This document shows, piece by piece, positions 36,006 through 49,763 of a stretch of DNA of 64,000 nucleotides; positions within the stretch are counted from its first letter, which is position 1, and each line of letters opens with the position of its first letter. Under the pieces are notes generated by a model. The model worked only from the letters and a program-made list of their open reading frames with translations. It did no database searches and had not been told where the DNA came from. The DNA is from Neodothiora populina (Eukaryota). The stretch lies in assembly GCF_041146345.1 (NCBI RefSeq), contig NW_027191409.1:248001-312000 (forward strand). The letters are read 5' to 3'. Position numbers and translations under genes: made by a program.

Positions 36006-36864
36006 CGCGTGGGCCGGTCGTGTCTTCTTCTCTCTTTTTCTTTTCTTCCGGCGGTCTTTGGTGGGGTTGGGGAGTGCTGGGTGGAGGCAAGGAGGTGGAT
36101 CGTGGCGTTTTTCTTTCTCGGGGTTGAACCTCCGTACTTCGTTCTAGGGAACAGGAGGAAGGGATGGTCTGGGGATCGGCATGTCTGGCTTTTGTCTGTT
36201 TTCTCGTCTGTCTGGTAGTAGGAGTTCTGGGAAGGTCAAGGTCGGTTTCCCTTCGCGTTTACTGTGTCAGCTGAAATTTAGTTCTCTTCGATGAGGTCTT
36301 GCGTGCTTTCCCGATCGAGTAGATCAAGGGTTCTTGTATGCGTCTCCTAGGACTGTTCATTCGTGTACTGCCGTTTGTAGTGCCCAAGCACTTTTCACCT
36401 TTATTGCATTACACCTATTCTGCCATTCCAAGCCGAGCTGAAGCTTTCAATTGTTCTCGATTTTATACACTACGATGATGATTTGAGCGAACCTCCAAGG
36501 TTGGATGAAGGAGAAGACAGCAACAGAGAAGAAAAGAAAGAGAAAAGAAGAAGACAACAGAAGATACAAAACCGAGGAGGATCGTCCGCTATGAGTTCGA
36601 ATCCGAAGGTGAGAAAGCAAAATTTACAACAAAGGAGCTCCTTTTCCAGCTTTACCTCCTCTTTACCCTTCTCTCTATCTCGTGGTATTGACTCTGAATA
36701 TATTCACTTGGTCTGATCCTGTATCCTGATTTCCTGCTCGCGTCCCTCTCGTATGGTAGAACGAAGACACATGCCAATTCGCTTTATTGATTGCCCACCA
36801 ATCCATTCGGTGGTCATCGTCATCGTTGATCGCCCATGTTCGCCGCCATCATGAATCATCATCA

Positions 36865-39800
36865 TCACCGCCTATGGGAATAGGAGCCACCGGAAGCGCT
36901 GCCACCCGAGGGCATTCTCGATCCACCCGTGCCACCCGCACTTCCTGCGCCTGGATATCCGCTGTTCGCTCTCAAGTGTCCATATCTCATGCGGTCCTCC
37001 TCTTCATGTCTTCGCCTCATCATGACAGCATCATAATCCCTGGCTTCGGATGGGTAAACTTCTCCTCTCCGAATTTGCTGTTCACGGTGCATCTGCTGTT
37101 CGCGATGCATGGCATCTCGAAGACTGGCGTCTGCTTCGCGTGCTGATTGTTCGCGGATCGAGAGACCGGTAGGAAGAGCAACGAAAGACTGCGAGTGTGA
37201 CGGATGCATTGGCTGTGGAGGTTGGGGGGGTCCTTGTCGGTACTGTTGTTGCTGAGCTGCGGCGGCGGCGTAGTGATGTTCGCGCTCTCTTTGTTGCGCC
37301 TGAGCCTGATAGTGTGCTGCTTCCTGTTCCCGAACTTGTCTTTCCATGTCCAGTCTGTCTTGATGCCTGATCTGTTCCTCGCGGCGATAGGCTGCTTCTC
37401 GATCGCGTGCCATGTAATACTCCTCATCCGGGTTCAGTGACCTTCTCTGCATACCAGGACCGACGGACGAATTGTGCGCATGCCGCAGCTGGCTTTGTTG
37501 AGCATGCATCTGCTGCATCTGAGATGTCGACGCTGGCGGCGCGTATTGGGAGGCCGCTTGGGCTTGCTGTGCTTGCTGTGTGCTCTGACTCTGGCCATGA
37601 CCTGGAGGAAGCTGCTGTCCAAGTGATGGAGTTCGGGAATGCTGAAGATAGGGATGTGTATTTGGCGGAGGGGATGGATTAACTCTGCCCTCAGAATTGA
37701 GCCCTCCCAAGATCGATGAACGGTGATTGCCAAAGTAAGAACGAGCCTCCGCAGTCAGTGGAGTAGAGGGATGAGGCGAGCCGGAGTACGGTGGTTGGGA
37801 AGTTGGCGGGCCTCGAGCGATCCAGTCCTGTCTTGATCCTCCGGGTGTGACAGTACCCCCAGACATACGCTCGTGTGGCACTGGAGGCGTAGGGACGTGA
37901 GGCGGCGCTTGACTATAAGATTGCCTTTCGTACTCGGCTCTGGGTACGGGTGTCTGACTGTAGACTTCGCGCCTTGGCGGATAGACTGGGGCAGAGCTTG
38001 TTGACGCAACCTGCGGTGCAGGAGATTGGGCGCGATGATAGAGCTTACTGCCGCCTTGCTCACTCACGCGTGTCTTGCTGGGCCGCGGTTCTTCTGGTTC
38101 CGAATTCAGTAGTGACATCACGTTCGACGTCTTTCGAGGTTCGGCCTGTGGTGGAGCGAGATTGGTCACTGATGTTACTGGTGACGGTGCGGGAACTGAA
38201 CCCTGTCGGAGGTCATCTCGCTTGGGGGGCGAAGGCATAGGACCAGGTCTGAAGGAATGGTTCAGGACGATAGGCGAGGGTGCAACAGGAACGGGTGAGC
38301 CAAGCGCACTCCCGAATATTCCTGGCGTAGTTCTCGATAACATCGAGCTGGGTACACCTGGGGTTCCAGGACGATCTTCGAGCTCTGGTCGTCTGTCCTG
38401 AAGGCCTCTCGAGTGCTGCATTCCACTGTTGTGGTAAACACTCGGACGGGGTGACATCTGAGCCGAACGTTCTTGGGACATACGGTCCTGGAGAGCTTGG
38501 GCTTGTAAAGTCATGGCGCGGGCCTTTTCTCTTTCTAAATTCTCCATGAATTCAGGGCTAGGCACGGATCCTTCTTGCGGCAATCGGGCCTGCTGCGAGG
38601 GTCCTTCCTGAGATTGTTGCTGGCTGTGCATTTGCAAGGCTTGTTGGACTGGTCGGCTGTTTGACATGTTCGTAACAGTGGGACGACGTTCAAGTCGGGG
38701 CTCGGAGAAGAATCCCATCTTGGGTCCAGGGGGTGGGTTTGAACGAACTTGTGCCTGAGGCACTTGCTTACCAGGAACAGGGGAAGCAGCAGCTGGAATT
38801 GGATTAGAAATAACACGAGGCTGAAATGCAGCCACCGCCTGGCTTGGAGTCGAGAATCGAGGGGCTTGTGGATACTGTGATGATTGAGTCTGTAATTGCA
38901 TAGATGGTTGAGAGCCAGCTGTGGGGTTGTCGCTGTCCATATATTCTGTGTGAGAGACAGCTGTCCGTGACATTGCTGGTGGGTTATCATAGCGTCGCTT
39001 TGTTATAGGCGTCGGAGTTGGTGGAAGACCCATGTTCTCGCCCTTTTCGCGACGCATGTCTGCTAGTTCGGCAGCTTCGGCAAGTTCGGGTTTATTTCCT
39101 TCCTGGATGAGACGAATGTAGTGGTTTCTCACCTGTTCTTGTGTCAGCCAAGGACCCATAGTCGAAATTCATTGTTAACTGGCACTTACCATGGTATGAG
39201 TCTTGGTACCCATGTGGGCGGCTATGCCTGCGAAGTCTGTGCCAAAATGACTGATGAACTTAATAAAGTCAGTCTGCTCTGGCACGGACCAGTAGCTAGA
39301 CGGGTTGGAGCGCTGCAATGAGTGTCCCGATGCACGAGAGCGATCACCCATGTCGTTCGGGTTTGGTACGTGGGAAAGGTTCTCCTGTGCAAACATAGCT
39401 AACGACTCACTACTGGGCAACCCTCGTCGTCCAGCTTGAAGATTAGTCAGTAGACTCGCCTCATCGAGGGCTTGCGCGCGAGCAAGATCTTCTTTGGTGA
39501 GTGCAGTCTCCTTCTCATGAGGGCCAGGAGTTACACTAGGAGCCGCAGCAAGCGGTTGTCGACCCCGTTTGCCACTCTTTTCGCCACTCGCTACAGCCTT
39601 GCGCCTCTTGACAGGCTTCTCTGCTGGCTGCTCCAGAGTGGATGCGCTCTTCTTTCCGGCGGTCGACGTGGAGCTTGAGGTTTTCGAATCCGCGTCTCGG
39701 TCTCCGCCATAAGCCGTGCGAGTAGCTGCTCTCCTTGGTCTTCCGGTCTCCGTGAATGCTGGCGGATTCGATCCCTCTTCTTCAGTACGACTCAGATCAG

Positions 39801-42800
39801 CCATCAACGCGGAACCTCGTGTTCGTGGAGCAGCTTTGCTTCCTCTGCCGCGTCCACCTTTGCCTTTACGACGTCCACCCTTGGTCTCACGGAATCGGCC
39901 ATCCCATTTGTTAGCGTAGTAATGGTGGATGCAATCAGCATATGTCCGACCAGGCAGCTGAGCTGCAATCTCGCCCCATTTCTTAGGTCTTTCCTTGAAT
40001 AAACTAAGGAACTTCTTGTGCTCCTCATCGGTGAACGTAGCCAGTGGTGGTTCATAGCCGAAAATGTCCGTGAGACTAGACGCCGTCCTGTACCTGTTTT
40101 TGTTCTGGAAGATTCTGCGTTGTCGGACAACCTGGTCGTACATATCAGGAATGACAGCTTCTTTCTCCAGATCTGCTTGTATCTTCTTAGACTCTCTGTC
40201 TAGTCTTTCTTGTTCGATGCGAGCAGTCTCCTCCGACTCCTTGAGCACTTTCTGAATATCGTATTCACTGCTAAATTTGTGGAGTCTGCTGCGCGACGAT
40301 TCGGCGGCGGTAGGAGCTTCTGTTGTTGAAATTGCAGCATCCAGGTCAGGCCCAAGTTCGGCTGAAGCCTGTCGGTCGTCTCCATCCCTATCTTGGTCTA
40401 ATTCCTGCAATTCAGACTGCCATTGACGGTATATTTCAATATAGCTATCGCGTAGTTCTTCCTCAACAGCATCATCCACATCCGCCTTGACCTCTAGCTC
40501 AGCGGTCACAGCAGCACGTGTTGCAACGTGCCGAGAGATGGTCTCTTGTAGAGCACCTCGCTCTGAAAGAGGTGTGAGAGGGCCTTTACTGAGATGAGGA
40601 AGATGAATCGTCTTGGATGGTGCATGAACTGGTATGATGTTGTCCAAAGTGTCCGAACCGTTCATTGCATCCTGGTAGTCCTCCATATCTTCGGACTCTT
40701 CTTGTTTTGGCGTTAAGAAATTCTGTTGTTCTGTAAGGTCCTGAATCATGGGCGATCTCTCCTGAGGCTCTTCCATCTCCACATCCACCTCTTCGATCGA
40801 TTTGTTATCAGCCGGGGTAGTGGATTCGTCGTCGACGACAGTCAAATGCTCATCCGCGATCGCTGTTAGTCGTACGATACTTTCCAATGGTGTTACACCT
40901 CGATATTGACGAGCCTCGAGATCGATCAGCTGGCTTTGTAATAGAGCCCTTTGGCTTTCAAACTTGGCCTTGCTCTGCGCAAAATCTTCCTCGTCCAATT
41001 CCAACCCATCGTCATCGCTACTGTAGTCCAGAGATGGTTCAGGAGAGCGCATTGTAGACTGTGGGTCCTCAGGCTGTGCAACTGAAGGTACCTTGTGAAA
41101 TTCTTCGCGTGTCTCACCCTCAGATAATGTTGGATCTGGCGTTTGTTCTCTCTTCTGATCCAGTGTGGCGACTGGAGCTTTAGGCACAACTTCTCCCGAA
41201 GCATCTTCCATCTTTATTGACGAAGCTTCCGATCCCCGCCGGCTTTGCTGAAAGCCGGGCGATGCATGAGACCGAGAAGTTGCGACCTTTTCTTCTCCAC
41301 TGGCATCGCGTTTCGCAGGTACGGTGGGTTCTCTGTACACTGGCGCACCAGGCCTGATCCATTGATTCCACGCGGGCGCCCGTGGTGCATTCAACGGGGC
41401 TCTCGACGGTGGAGGGGGACCTCGATCTGCTGTCCTGCTGATAGGGGCAACACGCTCGGCTGGAGCCCTTGGAGCCACTGGTGGCGCACGGATAGCTTTG
41501 GGAGCCGTAGGGATGATTGGACTGCGCAAGACCGGAGATGTGCTGAACGAATGCGTACGTCGAGGCCCGCTCGGCGCAGTGGAGGGTGGAGTGCCCGATC
41601 TCTGCGGCCCCGGCTCAATCCGGGCAATCTTATACTCCTTCGAGCTGCTCTCAGATGCCGGCGTTTGCGAATGCACCGATCCAGATGGGCTTTGCCTTCT
41701 GTCTGTCGCTTTGATTTGTGCTGGAGGCACCCGCGGCGATATCGGAGCGCTTGGCGCATTGGGTTGATGGGAAGAATTTGAACTACGATTTTCCCTAGCT
41801 GGAGGCTGCGAAAAGTGACCAGTGTTTCTCTCTTCATTCCGCAATGCCCAGGGTGCGGTTGGTATCGGTGGCGGAGCCGCGGCCGTATTCCATGCCTTTG
41901 GAGCGATAGGAGCGCGATCATTTGGTGCTTCATTGAATGAGGCTTGGCCCCCCTCAAGTGCTCGAGGGGCTCTAGGGGCAGCAGGCGGGGCTGCATTTAG
42001 CTGAGCTTTCGGCGCCGTGGGGACCGTCCTTGCTACTGGAGAGGATGCTGTGGCGGGCGCGACTGGCCTGGACGGGGGATTCGCTGGGCGATTGTCAGGT
42101 GGAGCTTTCCAGACATTAGAAGTCGGACCAGTGTAGATAGATGGTTTCGATGTAAAGGATCCGAAAGCCGGCACCTGTGGCCCAGATGGAGGCGGTGATG
42201 AGGTTCTTGAGCCATACTTTGCTGTCGAGGACTCGGCACGACCAGCCATAAGATCAGCTTGGGGTGGCAAAGGCTCCCGTCTCTGCTCCTTGGGTACCGA
42301 GGATATCACACTTGTCGAGAATCGCCTTGCGCTATCCTCCTTTGGAGGTTCTATCAATGGTGCTCGCTCGGATGGTGGGGCATTGGATGGTCCAGTAGAC
42401 TGATGAGGTGTAGGCGTTCGATGCGGGAAATCGTTGACGATGCGTGGTTCGAAGCGACTCGGAGGAATAGAGTCTTTCCTGAACCTGTCGCTTTCACGGT
42501 CACGATCGTCCCTATCGTTCCAGCGGTCATCGTCTCGCCTCTCTGGTCGCCAGTCTTCCCGCTCTGGTCTGGACACACTGTTCCATCTAGGTGGAGGAGA
42601 TCTCTCCCTCGGTCGGAAGCCAGGGCGATCATCAATCGGGCCTCGCCGACCACGAAACTCGAAATCGCCCCTGCCTCTGCCACGGCCCCTCCCGTTGAAA
42701 CCACCTCGGCCGAAATTGGATGGACCAAAGGAGTTTGGCTCTGGATATGACGAGCCCATAGATACAGGTCCATCTCTGGAGTCCCGTCGACGACCTATAT

Positions 42801-43197
42801 CCAGATCACGTGCTACAGGTCCGTCGCGGAAATTCCTCGGAGGAGATCTGGGTCTAGGCGATACGGGACGTGGTCTGCGATCGAAGTCGCGTTCTCTGAA
42901 CGAACGATCAGTGCCCAACGGAGGCGCATCTCTCAGTTCGCGTAGAGGAGCCCCCCGACCTCGAGGACCAAGCGGCGCTGCGGATCCAGTACCAGGCCCG
43001 AGACCTCTGATTGAATCGTTGAAGGTCTTAGGTCCTCGTGGAGGGTCTTGGCCGCCTCGATTGAATTCGGAATGTCTGTTATTGAAGCCAAGATTGGGAG
43101 GTCCAGGAGGCCTCCAACCCTCATATCTCTGAGGAGACCGAGATCGCGTCCTTGGAACATAACGAGAATCATGCGTCGGTGGATAACGCGATGACAT
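36865..43197 (-). CDS. SNT1: Snt1-like (NCoR/SMRT-type) dual-SANT subunit of the Set3 HDAC complex; intron 39133-39189
   Basis: SANT1 FTDEEHKKFLSLFKERPKKWGEIA...CIHHYY and SANT2 SSYWSVPEQTDF...FGTDFAGIAAHMGTKTHTM|VRNHY. Also a 'VMSLLN' motif and long disordered regions. Confidence 0.85.
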
Positions 43198-44756
43198 GAT
43201 AAGACAGACCTCAAGTCCGCATTGGCGGAGCTTTTACGAAGTAGTTTGCTGTAGAACGAGATTGAGATTAGATGACTCGCAGGGTGGCGTGGGTGCGTGA
43301 CGGCGTAGGCGCCTTCGAGCTACAACACACTGCGCCGAGATGTGAGGAGCCACTGTCACGCGAATTATCTCCAGAGACCTGCAGTTCTTGTTACTAGACA
43401 CGAGTGCGAAAGTGATAGTCGCAACAGGAGTGTCTGCAGATGAAGGGCGATTGAGATGCGCTTGGCGCGAACCAGCCCTACCACTTTAGGTAAGTAGATC
43501 GCAGATCGTGCGTGGCTAGAGCGTGGACTCGTGAAAAGCAGCCTGATAATTCAAACCACTCTGTCGCTCAACACAATTCCACAAAAACAGGGAGATTGGT
43601 GCTAGTCTTGTACTGCAGGTACAAAGATAAGCCTGGAGGTCAACACGAGACAGCACGAAGTGTCCCAAAGAGTCGCGGCAGTCTGATCGTCCAAAGTACA
43701 GTGGTCCAGGGTATAGGGAATAATGTAATCCGATCGACGACGCCGAATTCAAAGCGTGAAACAGGTCCACACAGCGAGGTCAGCTGAACAGATCAGAATG
43801 TAAAGAGGCCAGTGATGATGGATCCAGAGTGATTGTGTCGAGACGTCAAAAGGAGAAAGAGACCAAAAGATTGTCGAAAGCGAACTGATTGTGGAGGGCT
43901 TGGACCGGCGGAAGGCTTGTCTGGAGAAACAACCGATGACATGGAACCCGTAAACCCTGTTCCTGCTCTGGCTTAAGCATTGCAGCCGCCACGAATATTC
44001 TGCATTGATCATCGAGACATCTTCGGTCGTGCAAGTGAGACTTTCAAACATCGAATTTAGTGACAATTCTATTGAGATGCACCATAACTGTATTTACGGA
44101 GGCCATATAGTTGTCTGTCTAAGTGTCCATGGATCTTGCGTCACTTTGAACAAGTCTCGAATACGGGACGATCATACAAAGCGACATCGGCTCAAAGGAC
44201 AGTCCCAGGTCGGGAAGCACTGGGCTATAGTGCTTGCAACGGCACTCAAGGAGACCTCGCGTGACTAATGGCTGAGGCACTCGCTTTGCGCGCTTCTTGT
44301 TGTTATTCGAATCCCAATTTCCAACGCCTGCGTTACTTCGGCGTCCTACAGACAGGTGGCGGCTAGAAAACGGGACCTGGGATGAGCGGGCGTAGATTAA
44401 ACTTCCGGGAGGGTGCGCTAGTCTAGATCTAGCTTCATATGGCGTGTGACACGTGCAGATTTTCACGTACACCGAACTTACAGGCAAGGGTACCGTGTCA
44501 TATTATGCTGCACCACCAATAAGAAGCAGTGATTAGAACACTTTTGAGTATCGCTATTAACGGCTAGTTTTCCCCTGCTCGTCAGATCTTGCATTGTCAT
44601 ACCTTTCTCCCACTTTACTTGTTACCTGGCGGTTGTGGTACTTCCCCACCAAAGTAGGTGTATTGGTCTCGGTTAAACAGAAAATCTCTGCGCAGGTCTT
44701 GAGGAAGACAGCAACGAATAACATAATATCGAGAAACTACAAGCATACCATCCAGC

Positions 44757-45928
44757 ATGGCTGCACCAAGCGGGGCGACGGATGCTGTCCTCAAACCCTC
44801 GGACCCCGTTCCGGAAGATGCAGTACCCGTGGTCGGGCTCGACTTCGACAAATACCGGGAGGAGGATATCACTGCTGCGGAGATGGTCGCTAGTATGGCT
44901 CGTATGGGCTTCCAGGCCAGTTCGGTCGGGCAGGCTGCGAAAATCATCGATGGCATGGTGGGTATCTTCCTACAAGAATCATCAACTGACAGGTACTGAT
45001 CTGCACTGTAGAGAGAATGGAAGGATCAGGAGACTGGTCGAGGAACGACTATCTTCCTTGGCTATACCTCGAACCTTATATCCTCCGGACTGCGTGAGAC
45101 TTTGAGATGGCTCGTCCAACACAAGCATGTGTCCGCGATCGTTACCACAGCTGGTGGAGTCGAAGAGGATTTCATCAAGTGCCTCGCCCCCACGTACCTT
45201 GGGGCCTTCTCTACATCTGGCGCTTCGTTACGTGCCAAAGGCATGAACCGGATCGGTAATTTATTGGTCCCGAACAGTAACTATTGCGCTTTCGAGGACT
45301 GGCTGGTACCAATCCTCGACAAGATGCTCGAGGAGCAGGAGGCCTCCAAGAAGACTGAGGAGCCCATGTACTGGACCCCAAGCAAAGTGATCAACCGTCT
45401 TGGTAAGGAGATCAACGACGAAAGATCGGTATACTATTGGGCATGGAAGAACGATATCCCCGTCTTCTGCCCAGCACTCACCGACGGTAGCTTGGGCGAC
45501 ATGTTGTACTTCCACACCTTCAAAGCATCACCCGAGCAGCTTCGTATTGACCTTGTCGAAGATATCCGTAAGATAAACACCATGGCGGTGAGAGCGAAGC
45601 GGGCCGGCATGATTATTCTAGGTGGTGGCATCGTCAAGCATCACATCGCAAATGCCTGTCTCATGCGCAATGGGGCTGAGAGCGCAGTCTATATCAACAC
45701 TGGTAATGAGTTCGATGGAAGCGATGCAGGTGCGCGACCAGATGAGGCAGTCAGCTGGGGTAAGATCAAAGTGGATGGCGATAGTGTCAAGGTAGGTTTT
45801 ATGAGCAATAGACGAGGTTATTGTATTAACCGCTGTGCCAGGTCTATGCTGAGGCTACGGTGGTATTTCCACTAATCGTTGCTGCAACTTTTGCCAAGCT
45901 TGCAAAGCCCGCAGAACCACGTCCTTAG
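44757..45928 (+). CDS. DYS1: Deoxyhypusine synthase, 3 exons
   Basis: [63 protein letters not shown] and [11 protein letters not shown]. Confidence 0.97.
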
Positions 45929-46742
45929 CATCGCCGACGATCAACGAAAACCGCATACAAGTATAATATAAATTTGCGGGTATAGTGGCTGGCTGCACAG
46001 GATATCACGTCAAACCATTCGCACACAGGTGGATGCTGATCGATCACCGCATTCATCTCCTGTTCCCGATAGAAGTGACTCGGCCCAAAGGAAGCATCTT
46101 GTCAGTCTTGCTCCGACAACGAAGCAAAATGGACGTGGCAGGACGTCAAGGAGCCGTTATTGATGCAAATGTACCGACAGGATGAAGTCGACATGCAAGT
46201 CCCGATAGTTCAAGCAGTAGCGTCTTGGCTGCTGAGACACATCCGCACCGCGCTAACTCGGGCCGAACTCTGGAGGATTAATGCGCTTACCTTATCTTGC
46301 ACGGCGGGGTCTAGTCTGGCATCACCGCTGAGACCGCATTATTTACGGCTACCGGACTTATGATAAGGAAGTGTGCAGCACCTGGTGAGGCACAGAGAGA
46401 GCTATGGTTTCAGCCTTAAACGTGCAAAGGTATTAGTACAGCAGTTGGGGTTCATGCCCTGGGTAGAACGAAGGTGCAAAGCTACGATATATTCACGGTA
46501 ACTTACTCTCTATGTTCTGTTATCTAATCCACTCCCCTCACCGGTCCAGTAAGTGCCTGCTAGGCAACAACTGACTCTGTCGTCACGCTGTTTGCCCGTC
46601 GCCATCGTGAGTCACTCCATCAAAGCCGGTTGTCATCATCGCTTGTTGTCGTCGGATGAGTTTGCTTGTCGATAACACAAGCTTGTCATACAAACGACTG
46701 ACGAGTAGCGACGCTCCACGGCGGCTACAGCTGCCTACGGAC

Positions 46743-49700
46743 ATGTCCACTTTCCTGCAGCCTCTTATTCCACCAACCTCGCCTTCTTCCTCTGACATTC
46801 GCTTTTCAGATGCTCCTGATTGTAAGGCCATGGACGAATCCGATGAAGCGGAGATGACCTCGTCCGGAACATATATGGATACCCACGACTCACGGCTTCC
46901 ATCAAGTCACCTGACACAGGCGCCGCCTGGAAATCAACCACTGTCAGACTTCAACATGGAAAATGGTCAAGAGTCGAGGGCCATCTTGCCTCCACCTTGG
47001 GAACCTTCTCATTCAACACAGCATCAGGCAGCAACACCACACGTGGCCGGCAACGGATCCGCTCCCTATGCTCCGCCAACTATCACACCAAACGGCACAG
47101 CAACCCTTCCACTCCCACAACTTCCTGCCGACCGCACAGGTCCGATCCTTGCCATAACCCCTGTTGAACCCTCGCCGGATCTAGGCATGGCTGACGATCC
47201 TTCCATGTCTCTTGAGAACCTTCGAGATGCTGACGAGCAAGTCCCCCCCACTGCGTCACAAGACGCCAATTCTGAACAACGCGAAACGCATAACGATGAC
47301 TCTGCCGAAGAGGATGACGACGATGACGATGAAGACGAGGAAGAGGAAGATAATGCTGGACACGTCATGCAATACTATCCTTTCGCAGAAGATCACTCGG
47401 TCCCAAGCGAGGAAGAGATGCGCCTTATCAGCGGTATCTCCGAGCACAGCGCGACCAACAATAAATACTGGCAGGCAAAGACCTTCTTCGACATCAAAGA
47501 TCCCGAGGTGCTGGCAGGGGAGAGCGGCATAATCGAGTGGACAATCGATGCCTTCAACGGAACCAAAGAGAACCCTCGCAAGGAACTCTTGTTGAGATCT
47601 CCGACGGTTCGCATAGGCAATCACGATTGGAGGATAAAGGTGTTGCCACGAGGACACCTCTCCACAGATCGCGTCAGTGTCTATGTCGAATGTGCCACCC
47701 TCCAGGAACATGTCAAGCAACAGGACTGGCCGGAGGAGCAGCTTTCCATACCTCCTCTCAGCAATGCTAAGCTGCCAAAGCGACGTTCGGTTGCAGCACA
47801 GCTTTCTGTGCTCATGTATAATCCGGACGAGCCGCGGGTCCACGAATTCAGATCTGACGCACACCAGTTCCATCCTGGCTCGCCTGACCACGGCTGGCCT
47901 CGCTTCACTACAGCACCATGGTATGAGATGCATCACCGTTCCTACATGGCAAGACAGCCCCTACTCCGTAACGACAAAATAGCCCTCAAAGCCTTCATCC
48001 GTATAGTCTACGATCCGACTGGCTGCCTGTGGTCTACACCTGGAGGCGCCCGAGAGTCGCAAGACGCAGTTGAGATTACAGGTCTCCAAAAGCTTCCAGT
48101 GACTGATGACATTGCATTTTGGTCAGTTGTCCAACTTTGGCTTCATCTTCGCCCATTTCGTAAATTCATCTATCAGCTCGCGAACCACGTCCCCCGTGCA
48201 TCTGCCGCAGCGGATCCAGGACCCATCACAGTGCTCCAAGCCATACTCTATCTGATGCGGGCTAGATACCCGGGTGATTCTCACGGTGCCTCACGTATCA
48301 CTGGCTACGTTGATTACCTCTATCAACATGGCCGGGAAGGTCACGACGTGATGCAGACAATGAATGAAATATTGTGTGATCTAGAAACGCAGCTCAAGTC
48401 ATTGGCATTGGACGAAAACACAATAGCCTCTGCCGCGCGCTGTACTCTTGACGATCTATTTGGATCCCGCGAGATGCAGTTCGCAGGATCACGAATTACC
48501 AAATTGCCGATTGTAGGGAAGACCAGTGTGCAAGAAGCTGTCACTTCGGCGGAAGAGCATCTAAAGCCATTAGCATCACCACAATTGTTGACTCTAGAAT
48601 TGGATCGACAACACTTCGATCGTGAGAAGCGCGGCTGGAAGAAGATACTGGACAAAGTCCGTTTAGATGATGAGATCAATGTTCATGGCACAACATATAC
48701 CCTATATGGATTTGCAACACACACTGGCTACTTGTTGAGCGGCAAATACAATAGCTACTTTCGACCAAATGGTCTTGGCAACCTCTGGTACAGCTATACG
48801 ACCTCGCCACCCATGGATAAAGCTGGCCAGCCCGAGTGTCTGACCATGACAAAGGCTGTAGGGCCAAGACAAGGGGTTGCAAGTGGGAAGTCTATCGAGG
48901 AACCCTCTGCCTCACACGATCGATCGGCAAACCACGGAGCTTTCAGCCCGTATCGGGGAGGCAGTGATGGCGTCGCGTATGTCGTCCTCTACGTCCGTAA
49001 TGACGTCGCATCGGAGACATTTTACATGTCGAATGCGGAGCCTTGGGATGTCCCTCGATGGATCTCAGACGATGTGGAAGAACCAGGCTCAGCTACATGG
49101 CCACCTCCGACTGGTAGTCTGGATGCTGCCCTTGCATATTTCAGTCACGATAGCGACCCCGCGATACCCGGTGCCCAAGACACCGACACAGACATGGTGA
49201 ATGGTGTTGATGGTGTTCAGCATACTGGCAGACAGGCGTGTGGCGACACTAAGGGTGAGCCCGAGAGTAATGATGGAAGGACGATGAAACACGAAGACAT
49301 CAATTACCTCTCCCAACCGTTCTACAGTGGTGGAATGCAAGGAGGTGATCATCAGGGCTTAGGCCATCTCATCTATCTTAATGGCGACGAGTATACCGGG
49401 AACTTTCACAATGGCTACCGCGAGGGAGCAGGCAAAATGGTGTACCAGAATGGTGATGTCTATGAGGGCTCCTGGAAGGACGATCTACACGACGGGACGG
49501 GCGTGTTCAGTGAGAAAAGAACCGGGAACGTGTACAAAGGCTGCTTCAAGGAGGGCAAGAAGTACGGTGAAGGAACCACCATCTGGAAAATTTCCGAGGA
49601 ACAAGCACGCCTCTGTCAGATCTGCTTCTGTTTTGAGGCTAATATGGCTTTCTATGACTGTGGACACGTTGTCGCTTGTGGGACTTGTGCGAGAAGCCTC

Positions 49701-49763
49701 GACATTTGTCCAGTCTGCCGACGTAAAGTCAGAGATGTCTTGAGGCTTTTCTATACAGCTTGA
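46743..49763 (+). CDS. MATH + degenerate USP/UCH + MORN repeats + C-terminal RING protein (start uncertain, 46656-46830)
   Basis: MATH domain (IEWTIDAF...WRIKVLPRG...VSVYVEC...DHGWPRF), USP-like fold (PQLLTLELDR, YTLYGFATHTG, AYVVLYVR), MORN repeats (YLNGDEYTGNFHNGYREGAG) and RING CQIC...CGHVVAC..C...CPVCR. Confidence 0.85.
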   Translation: MSTFLQPLIPPTSPSSSDIRFSDAPDCKAMDESDEAEMTSSGTYMDTHDSRLPSSHLTQAPPGNQPLSDFNMENGQESRAILPPPWEPSHSTQHQAATPHVAGNGSAPYAPPTITPNGTATLPLPQLPADRTGPILAITPVEPSPDLGMADDPSMSLENLRDADEQVPPTASQDANSEQRETHNDDSAEEDDDDDDEDEEEEDNAGHVMQYYPFAEDHSVPSEEEMRLISGISEHSATNNKYWQAKTFFDIKDPEVLAGESGIIEWTIDAFNGTKENPRKELLLRSPTVRIGNHDWRIKVLPRGHLSTDRVSVYVECATLQEHVKQQDWPEEQLSIPPLSNAKLPKRRSVAAQLSVLMYNPDEPRVHEFRSDAHQFHPGSPDHGWPRFTTAPWYEMHHRSYMARQPLLRNDKIALKAFIRIVYDPTGCLWSTPGGARESQDAVEITGLQKLPVTDDIAFWSVVQLWLHLRPFRKFIYQLANHVPRASAAADPGPITVLQAILYLMRARYPGDSHGASRITGYVDYLYQHGREGHDVMQTMNEILCDLETQLKSLALDENTIASAARCTLDDLFGSREMQFAGSRITKLPIVGKTSVQEAVTSAEEHLKPLASPQLLTLELDRQHFDREKRGWKKILDKVRLDDEINVHGTTYTLYGFATHTGYLLSGKYNSYFRPNGLGNLWYSYTTSPPMDKAGQPECLTMTKAVGPRQGVASGKSIEEPSASHDRSANHGAFSPYRGGSDGVAYVVLYVRNDVASETFYMSNAEPWDVPRWISDDVEEPGSATWPPPTGSLDAALAYFSHDSDPAIPGAQDTDTDMVNGVDGVQHTGRQACGDTKGEPESNDGRTMKHEDINYLSQPFYSGGMQGGDHQGLGHLIYLNGDEYTGNFHNGYREGAGKMVYQNGDVYEGSWKDDLHDGTGVFSEKRTGNVYKGCFKEGKKYGEGTTIWKISEEQARLCQICFCFEANMAFYDCGHVVACGTCARSLDICPVCRRKVRDVLRLFYTA

